In this document: piece after piece, positions 28,271 to 37,300 of the stretch
Numbering within the stretch: the first letter of the stretch is position 1
Layout: each line of letters starts with the position of its first letter
Assembly (NCBI GenBank): GCA_051362555.1
Contig: CM120642.1
Span: 12,958,001-13,022,000, forward strand
From: Lingula anatina
Lineage: Eukaryota; Animalia; Brachiopoda
DNA: 64,000 nt
Reading direction: 5' to 3'
Notes under the pieces: model-generated
The model's input: the letters and a program-made list of their open reading frames with translations, nothing else
The model's database searches: none
What the model was told of the DNA's origin: nothing
Position numbers and translations under genes: made by a program

Positions 28271-28288
28271 ACTTTCGCTTTCCGTTTT
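28271..28288 (-). promoter_or_regulatory. IRF-binding element / ISRE-like motif
   Basis: Minus strand reads AAAACG-GAAAGCGAAAGT. Positions 28271-28282 match the IRF-E consensus GAAA(G/C)(T/C)GAAA(G/C)(T/C). Lies ~55 nt upstream of the putative first donor of the PRTase gene. Confidence 0.5.
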
Positions 28289-28296
28289 CTTCCCTA

Positions 28297-29040
28297 CGGA
28301 TTCAGATTCTTTATTGACAAACACCTTCACATAAAGGTACAATCAATTACAATACGATACTAGTGGCTAGAACATAGAACAGACAAATAAATAGATAAAT
28401 AAATATATATATATATATATATACATATAGATTAGCAATTGTTGAAATCAGTGACTATACACATGTATACGAATGTCGCATTCCATAATCAATTTACCAG
28501 GTTTGATCTACACGCCCAGTCTCTGCTGACAGCGCATAACGGGTCTCACACTGGTACTATGATCTGGTTTGGACATGCGCAGAAAGACTTACTCTCTTCT
28601 CCATGCATTTCTGTACAAATATGAGGAGGGGCGTAATCACATCCATTTCTTTTGTATTCATGATGTGTATAAACATATCCGGGGGAGAGAGGGCATTAGT
28701 ATTACACAGGAAACTTATATTTTCGTAGAAAGCCGCCCGTAGTTCCTTATAGGCCTCGCATTTCAGAATAAAATGCACTTCATCTTCAACCTCTCCGGAA
28801 TTACAGATTTGACATAATCTTAGATGGGGTGGGGTTGGGGGTTTACTGTACCTCCCCTTCTCAATATGGAGTGAGTGGGCGCTGATTCTTAGTTTGCAGA
28901 ATGTAGCCCTCCGTGCTTTATCAAAGGTCAGCACATAATTTTCGGTCTTAAAATCCTTCTTAAATTTTGTATATGTTCTAAGTTTGCTACTTTTCTTAAT
29001 TGCCTCCCCCCATTGATGCTCATACACTTTCTCGAGAGAG
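28297..29040 (-). mobile_element. 5'-truncated LINE (CR1/L2-group-like) 3' fragment
   Basis: ORF 28557..29027 is the C-terminus of a non-LTR ORF2 (KLRTYTKFK..CKLRISAHSLHIEKGRY..RLCQIC..VEDEVHFILKC). It is followed by a 3' UTR and the tail AATAAA-GAATCT-GAATCC. Confidence 0.85.
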
Positions 29041-29044
29041 ACCC

Positions 29045-29200
29045 GGATATTTTTTGTATTACGTCAAAGTGGCGCGCAAACCCCGCACTAAATTGATATT
29101 CAGCCAATGAAAATAGACAAAATTGTACAACGCCGAGGAAGGAACTAACGTCCTCCTCTCACGCTGTTTTACTTTTTGCGTTGTCTATTCTTCCTGAAAC
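29045..29200. promoter_or_regulatory. Candidate bidirectional promoter core between the PRTase and SLOG genes
   Basis: Local CpG-rich islet with TTACGTCA (CRE/ATF-like, ~29059), GGCGCGCAAA (E2F-like, 29071-29080) and AGCCAATG (CCAAT box, ~29102). Plus-strand donor CAG|GTTAGT at about 29366. Confidence 0.5.
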
Positions 29201-29488
29201 TGAACTTTGCAGTGAAGGAGACTGGGTTTTGCTGACAGATATGTAGCGATCTTTGTAAGAAGTAACTAATTACGTGATTTTCGTTCTTATAACCGCCTGT
29301 TATAAAGGTCTGTCTTGCCGTTGGAGTCGCAAGGATTTCTATGCACCCCATCCCCTCAATTACAGGTTAGTCTTTGGTTTCCATTTCTTTAAATTCAGTT
29401 ATATGATGACTTGAATTAATGTCTTTGCTATTCATATAAATTGGTTTTGTCATTTAAGCACCGATTTTTTAGTTTCTCTGTAGTCCCC

Positions 29489-29519
<31 letters not shown>

Positions 29520-30105
29520 ACACTTTTGTCTCAGTTTTCGGCAATTCGTCATGCACTAAGTACTACACTTGCTACATGCTAACTTTACATGTACCCCTAC
29601 TAGGTACCTTAGTTAAGCGCACTTTTAGCATGCAAGACCTAAAATAGGGGTAACTCCATCATATAGCTATAGTTTTTAATATTTATCAAATTAGGTTGTT
29701 CATTGCCTTTGCTGTTCAAATAAATTAGTTTGGAAATTTACTCACATATTGCCCCTCTTTCTTAAAGAAACTTTCAAGCTCTTTAACCATTGAGATAGCA
29801 GCAAATGTTAGATATTTTTAAAAACAATTTCTTAATATTGCCATGTATACCCCGTGGAAACAAAAACTCTAAATATGTCTTTAAAAATTACTGGTAGAAT
29901 AGAATATACTAAAGGACATCAGATTTGTGATCCTCTGTCTACATTAGAATATCTCCAACTACATTGTTCCATTCTTCATTTGTACATTGGACCAGATATT
30001 TGATAGAAATAATCAAATAGTGTTTGTCTTAATTAACACTGTCTCATCTCCACTGCCAAATGGTGACATATCCTGGTTTTATTTAATGGACTGTACAGTA
30101 TATAC

Positions 30106-30212
30106 TAGCACGAAAATTCATGCGTTAGCACTCCTATTGACGATTCTGATATGTGTTGGCAGCACATATCAGAATCGTCAATAGGAGTGCTAACGCATGA
30201 ATTTTCGTGCTA
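30106..30212. repeat. Perfect 50-bp-arm inverted repeat (hairpin / mini-MITE)
   Basis: tagcacgaaaattc...ctgatatgtg (30106-30155), spacer ttggcag, exact reverse complement at 30163-30212. Confidence 0.95.
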
Positions 30213-30886
30213 AGGATATACATGTTGAGATTTCATAAAATTCTGTTGAAAATACGCAATTGAATTTGGTTTTTCAGTTCACTGACCAATCAAGGTGACA
30301 GCCAAGCATGAATTGGTAAGTAAATTGCAAACTACTTTTTTTGAATACATGTAGTAGAGACGTTGGTCAAATACTGGTGTATTTCACTATTTCATATGTA
30401 CTGGGTAAAGTGGTAAATAGTTCTAACACAAATGATGAAACATGAGTTCTAAATCTCAAAAAGCAAAGTGTCCCCCACCTTTGTGTTAAAAGCGCATGTA
30501 AAGTGTATGTGTCAACAAACATGGTAAAATTCTTCCCGGTTTGTGCACCTTTTTGTAACCTTTGTCGAGATAGTATCAATAAGTTTATTTAAACAACTCC
30601 ACATAAAAACTGTTTCAATTTGGTGACAGTCTGTAAATGATTCTTTGTCCTTTGAATGTTGTAATTATTTGATTGATTGTTAAAAATAATGTTATTAATT
30701 AGACTAAGTTGATTGACATTGTTGTTGATTTTTCATGCCTATTTTTCTCTAGCCAGCTCCCTATGTCCTGTTCTTCACTTCCAAGTTCAACAGCATTTGG
30801 TCACTTGCAAGTATCTGTTTTGTGTTGTACTTTGCTGTGTTAACATTATTTTAAAATTATTACTGCAGGTAACAAGAAACAGAAAG

Positions 30887-31617
30887 ATGTCTAGTTTAGG
30901 GGATTCATATGATTCTTGGGATGAAAATGTCGTTGACAGTGAACTACTTAGAGCTGCAGAAGAATGGGAGTCATCTCCAGACAGTTTGGAGTTGAGTCCA
31001 AGTGTATTCACTCAGCAGGAAACAGCAACCGCACCAGCTTCGTACACCAACCATTCTGGTGGGGCCAACGGGAGTGACATCTATTGGCAGAAAATGAGTG
31101 ACAGGTATAATGTCAAGACAGTTGTGTACTCATTCCCAGGTCATGCTACAAACAATCCTTACAGGAAAGTTCTGAATAAAAAAGAACTAAAAGATTCTAA
31201 CATGCATTTGTTAAAGGCCAACAAAGTACTGCACAGAAAGTTCCCCACAGGCAAGAATTTTGTTGACAGTTTACTTCAACGAAACTGGTATCAGGTGAAA
31301 AATTCAGATGCCGTTTTTGCTGTGGGAAAAATCATACGGAACAAGATGGTGGATGGGGGAACAGGATGGGCAGTGCAAATGGCAGTGGACAATAATAAAT
31401 CTGTCTATGTGTTTGACTGTTTTAAAAATGAGAGAACTGGGATGGAAGAAGGGTCATGTCAATGGTTTAAGTATGATTTTGTTAGAAGAATGTTCAAATT
31501 TTATCCAGGTGTGCCAGAACTTACACATGATTTTGCAGGAATTGGTACTCGTACTTTGACAGATAAAGGGAAATTTGCCATAGAGGAAGTATTTGAAAGA
31601 ACTTTTAATTGTAAATA

Positions 31618-31618
<1 letters not shown>
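30887..31618 (+). CDS. 243-aa circularly permuted SLOG-superfamily protein (cpYpsA/DprA-like)
   Basis: Single coding exon after acceptor TGCAG|G at 30868. Motifs NHSGGANGSD, QRNWYQVKNSDAVFAV, DGGTGWAVQMAVDNNKSVYVFD, and C-terminal FAGIGTR (the strand that is N-terminal in DprA as AIVGSR). Acidic ~45-aa N-terminal extension. Confidence 0.85.

Positions 31619-31621
<3 letters not shown>

Positions 31622-31669
<48 letters not shown>
31622..31669 (+). repeat. 48-nt poly(T) tract
   Basis: Uninterrupted T run starting 4 nt after the SLOG stop codon. Confidence 0.95.
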
Positions 31670-31670
<1 letters not shown>

Positions 31671-34326
31671 TGTAAACTTGTCTTGTGAATATGTATAAAA
31701 TAGGGCGCATTTTCATCAGTCATTTTTCATTATCACTGTATTGATTATAGTTAGGCATTTGTATTGTGAACAAAAGTGGTTCACATTCCTTTTTAACTTG
31801 ACAATGTACATTTTTCTATATGTAAATGAGTATGTAAAAATCTCTACTTATACATTTTATTTCTTGTACAAAGTTGATTCAGGAATTTCTATCAAAACTA
31901 TGTTAAGGTAGACAAATTGAATGCAGAAACTTTGTTGCAAATTGATTACATTCAGATGTGTGATGTTTACCCTTAGGCATCAGTTGCCCATTTGGCGTTT
32001 CTATTGCATTCAGAACATTGGTTATCAGAATGCTTGAGTGAAGTTATTTTGAAACTTATTATTAAGAGCATGAATAAATTCCTAAACAAATTTATCATTT
32101 AAGTATTTTTTTAGATTTTTAAATGATTAAAAGATAGAAAATAGAAGACTTGAAAAAAACATTGCCAATGATCCTCTCGTCCTTTGTACCTAAGGAATAT
32201 AATATAGATAATGAAGTATCTGGACCTGTTAACCTTAATTAAAATTTATTCAGTTTCATTCTATGAAGGAAAAATATATGCTGCATTCCTAACACATGTA
32301 TTAGCACCGTCTACCCATTTAATAAAAGATAATTAATAAATCTGCAAAGATATGCAACTTTTCATATTATATTCACGCTTGCCATCTTTTTAAAAACTTC
32401 ATTTTAATAAAATTTAATTAAAATTAATACACCAAAGACAAAGAATACACTGAGGATTTCATCATAAAAAATAACCTTTATTTATACTAATACATTATTA
32501 ATTTTGTTTTTCAAAGGTTGCTTTCAATAATTGGACATTTCACTATTGGTTGAATGTATGCCAACAGTTTAACAAGACAGCATATTTCACCCAAAATTCT
32601 TGGGAGCAGGATTGTCAGAAGAATACTAACAACTTTAATCACTGGTATACAAAATACATACACATGCACTCATGAAATGCTACACATTCCAAACTAAAAA
32701 GTTTATATTAATTTTATATACAAGATGGTCTGCTATTGTTATTCCAGAAACCATAAATTTGTGCAACATACATGAAAAACATTTTTGCAGGTATTTGGAT
32801 TAATGCAGTGCATGTTTGAAAAATTGTTAGATCGTTTAAAAAGATGCAAATAAATAACATCAATTACATACTCTTCCATTGCATTAACGTTTTAATTGCA
32901 TTAATGTTTTAGGCCAATGTTTGTTTAAAACTAGTTTTTAAAATATGTTATTTGCTTTTATCTCACCTTGATATCAATACCTGAATTTTAGCAAGTGCAG
33001 AAAAAAAATGGAAAGGGGTTCCTTTTCCTTATGCAAGTCTTATTCATGTCAGCTAAGATTTTTTTTCAAATCAGTGTTTTTAACATCATTAAATGCAATA
33101 TCAATAATTAGCTTTCATTTTCTATTTACTACTGTAACAATATCGGATTCCAAGAAAAGAAAAGTTTCTTTCATGAATACCTCTCAGCATTTGATGCTCG
33201 TTTAAATAAAGCACCTTTTTTTTTAACTAATTGGAAGAATCTAAACATATCAGATTACATTTTAAGGCTATACATTAATTATATTGACATAATGTTTCTG
33301 TACTGAATTAAAAGGAAATTTTCTAAAGCTTTTGGCTGCCAATGAAAACGTGATATTTCAAATTCAGGGATGATCAGTTGGTTTCTTATGCAAGCCTAAA
33401 CAAGAGTAAAAAACGAGATATGCCACAAGAAAAGAAATCACGTTTGGTCTTAGTCCATAAAGCTTGCCATGGTATGTACACCTGATCCCAAGCTAGCACC
33501 CAAAATTTAATTCCAATATTGTTGCCAAAAATATATTTATGTGGCTTAAATAAGAAAACAAAACATTTGATTATTTCATATCCAGATTTATGACAAACTG
33601 CCTTAGAGACGAAAATGCTAAGTGTGTCGCCAGGCACCACCTTTAAAGCAAATGCAAGCAATATCACTGCTCTGAATGGATAATAAAGCTCATTAATCCC
33701 AACTGTTCACTGACCTCTGATCCCCTCTTAAAAAGCCTAGCTGGGTAGCTCTTAACTGATAGCCAGCTACAGGTGACTTGTGCACCTATGTGGTTCTTAT
33801 AACAGAAAAGAGCATTGGTCATCACACACACTAGAAAATGTTTGTTGCATAAAATAAACTTGGTGACTTTTTCCCCACAATGTTTCACTGAAATGTACAA
33901 GAATCCTTAATTTAAGCTTTGAAACATTTTTGAAAAAGTTAAATTTACTTTGGTTTAAATAAGAACTGATTTTTTTTATGCCTGAAAAAAAAATACTATG
34001 CTAACACAGCTTTATGCCTGCTTTTACCAAAACAAACAGAATTTTGGATAACATCTGCACACAGGCCACCTGACAGGCAATGAACCTAATCGGTGGACTG
34101 TCTGACGATTTTGTAAGCAGTAGTTTATCTCTGCGACACATTAATTTTAGCTGTGAAGTGAAAACATAAATAAAAAACCATAAGACTTTTTTTTACTGTC
34201 AACAGGGATCTACACATGATGACCGCTACCAGCTAGGCCAACAGACTCTTCTGAATACACAATTTTGATGACACTTGCTGAACACAGTTCATATAGAATA
34301 TACATTATGAAGGGGCTGTGCTCAGT

Positions 34327-37300
34327 TTATGCATCCTTGGATTTGTCAGTTTCATCCTCTGTGTCAGAATATTCACGTGGAGTCTCACCGGGTTTTAGCA
34401 GCCGACCAACATAGTCATATTTTTCTGAAAAGGATAAAAATTAAAGGTGCTTTAATAGAATTTGTACAGTCCATAAGATATATCATTGCATGTATCATTA
34501 TACTTGAGGTTTTAAAGATGACATCCAACATCCAGCTTTCAATGCAATATGGATATCAAACAACGAAAAAAGACTAATGTTCCATATTCATATTACACTA
34601 TATCTAAAGTGTTATATTATATTACCTATCGATAACAATGTATAAGATGTGCCACACTTGAGTGATCACTGTACATTTGGCACTACAGCACTGTGCTAAA
34701 ACTGACATTGCAAAATCTTCCTGAGAATTATGCCACATGATCCCAAGTTGTACTCATTACATTAACTATGTCACACGGATTTCAACCATTATTGGGTTTA
34801 CTTGGCTACATTTTGATGTAACAGTCGCTATTTGTCATATTTTTCGATATTTTTTCATTAATCTTTTACCTTATTTTCATTTCAATAAAAATAACAATAC
34901 TAACTAGAGGATCAGAGAGGCGATACCGCCTCCAAATATTGTACCACCAGCTGGAGCAAGCGCATTCGTATAGACCCCCACATACACAAAATAAGGGACA
35001 CAGCCACCAGTTTTGTGCTTGACAAGCTGTAAAAATGCAATCAACAAGAATTTTTAAACTATTGCAAAAATATATATATGGTACAACCAAATTTAAGTTC
35101 TTCGTAAGGTAGGTCAAGGGTCAATTTCAAGGTCACAGTAAATTGCCAGTATATGACTTCCTATTCAAGTTCAAGAGTAACTATGGACCTATCTCTGTCA
35201 AGTTTGAAGTTAAAAGAGAAAGAAATTAGCAGAGTTCAGTTCATGATAAGTAGGTCAAAGGTCATTTTCAAGGTCACACTTAGATTGCCAGTATAGGACT
35301 TCCTATTCAACTTCAATAGTAACTATGGACCTATCTCAGCCAGTTTTGGAGATAAAAGGGAAGCAAAATTTGCAAAATTCAGTTCATGGTGAAAAGTAGG
35401 TCAAAGGTCAATTTCAAGGTCACATTTAGATTGCCAGTATATGACTTTCTATTCAAGTTCAATAGTAACTATGGACCTATCTCTGCCAGTTTTGGAGATA
35501 AAAGGGAAGCAAAATTTGCAAAGTTCAGTTTATGGTGAAAAGTAGGACAAAGGTCAATTTTAATGTCACATTTATAATGCCAGTATATGACTTCCGATTC
35601 AAGTTCAATAGTAACTACGGACCTATCTCAGCCAGTTTTGGAGATAAAAGGAAAGCAAAATTTGCAAAATTCAGTTCATGGTGTAAAGTAGGTCAAAGGT
35701 CAATTTTAAGGTCACATTTAGATTGCCAGTATATGACTTCCTATTCAAGTTCAATAGTAACTATGGACCTATCTCATCCAGTTTTGGAGATAAAAGGGAA
35801 GCAAAATTTGCAAAATTCAGTTCATGGTGTAAAGTAGGTCAAAGGTCAATTTTAAGGTCACATTTAGATTGCCAGTATATGACTTCCTTTTCAAGTTCAA
35901 TAGTAACTATGGACCTATCTCTGCCAGTTTTGGTGATAAAAGGAAAGCAAAATTTGCAAAATTCAGTTCATGGTGTAAAGTAGGTCAAAGGTCAATTTTA
36001 AGGTCACATTTAGATTGCCAGTATATGACTTCCTATTCAACTTCAATAGTAACTATGGACCTATCTCTGCCAGTTTTGGAGATAAAAGGGAAGAAAAATT
36101 TGCAAAGTTCAGTTCATGGTGAAAAGTAAGTCAAAGGTCAATTTTAAGGTCACATTTAGATTGCCAGTATATGACTTCCTATTCATGTTCAATAGTAACT
36201 ATGGACCTATCTCTGCCAGTTTTGGAGATAAAAGTGAAGCAAATTTTGCAAAGTTCAGTTTATGGTGAGAAGTAGGTCAAAGGTCAATTTTAAGGTCACA
36301 TTTAGATTGCCAGTATATGACTTCCTATTCAAGTTCAATAGTAACTACGGACCTATCTCTGCCAGTTTTGGAGATAAAAGGGAAGCAAAATTTGCAAAAT
36401 TCAGTTCATGGTGAAAAGTAGGTCAAAGGTCAATTTTAATGTCACATATAGATTGCCAGTATATGACTTCCTATTCAAGTTCAATAGTAACTACGGACCT
36501 ATCTCTGCCAGTTTTGGAGATAAAAGGAAAGCAAAATTTGCAAAATTCAGTTCATGGTGTAAAGTAGGTCAAAGGTCAATTTTAAGGTCACATTTAGATT
36601 GCCAGTATATGACTTCCTTTTCAAGTTCAATAGTAACTATGGACCTATCTCTGCAAGTTTTGGAGATAAAAGGGAAGAAAAATTTGCAAAGTTCAGTTCA
36701 TGGTGAAAAGTAGGTCAAAGGTCAATTTCAAGGTCATAGTAAGATTGCCAGTATATGACTTCCTATTCAAGTTCAATAGTAACTATGGACCTATCTCTGC
36801 CAGTTTTGGAGATATAAGGGACTAGATGTTATAATTTTGGAGTTACCATAATGTGCCTTAAATTTCGTACAGAAAAAATTAATTAAAATAAAGAAAATGT
36901 CATTTTGGTCAAAATTCTTGAAATAGGAGGTGCTCTGAAGTTTCAGAAGTTCAAATTTGATGAAATAATGTCATTTTTGAACACAAGTTGTCTGCTTTGC
37001 CAAGCCTTATGTTTTATTTTTCCAGAGTTCAAAATTTATTATCCATTACCGTACTGCACATTTTGCTTTTACCACCAATATGTACTTTTTGATAGAGCGT
37101 AACTCGAAAACCGTATGGAATACAAAAAAACCGAGACCACCCCCAGTGTTGGGCTTTACATGCTCTACAAAATGCAAAAAAGAATGGGTCTCTAGCATTA
37201 ACGGTTCCCGAATTAGAGACAATTTTCAGTTTCGGTATCTTATGGCCGCTACTCCCGTGAAAATGCACCGATTGACCCCAAATTCATGGAGATGAAAGAT

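Noticed and set aside
28557-29027. Third gene of the PRTase-SLOG system
   Set aside because: It is the C-terminal fragment of a LINE ORF2 with its own 3' tail and lacks the RT core.
30713-30886. Hydrophobic 58-aa N-terminus of the 301-aa ORF
   Set aside because: It begins at TTG and runs through a pyrimidine-rich intron end before the acceptor at 30868.
22752-31618. Bacterial contamination or a recent prophage/operon insertion
   Set aside because: Spliceosomal introns, host MITE and LINE insertions and CpG depletion argue against it. No integrase or element boundaries were seen.
31454-31723. Poly-Lys ORFs on the minus strand
   Set aside because: Artefact of the T48 tract.
35105-36820. CRISPR-like array or repeated ORFs (35532..36713)
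   Set aside because: Whole 146-bp units repeat with no unique spacers and no cas genes are present. The ORFs are satellite artefacts.
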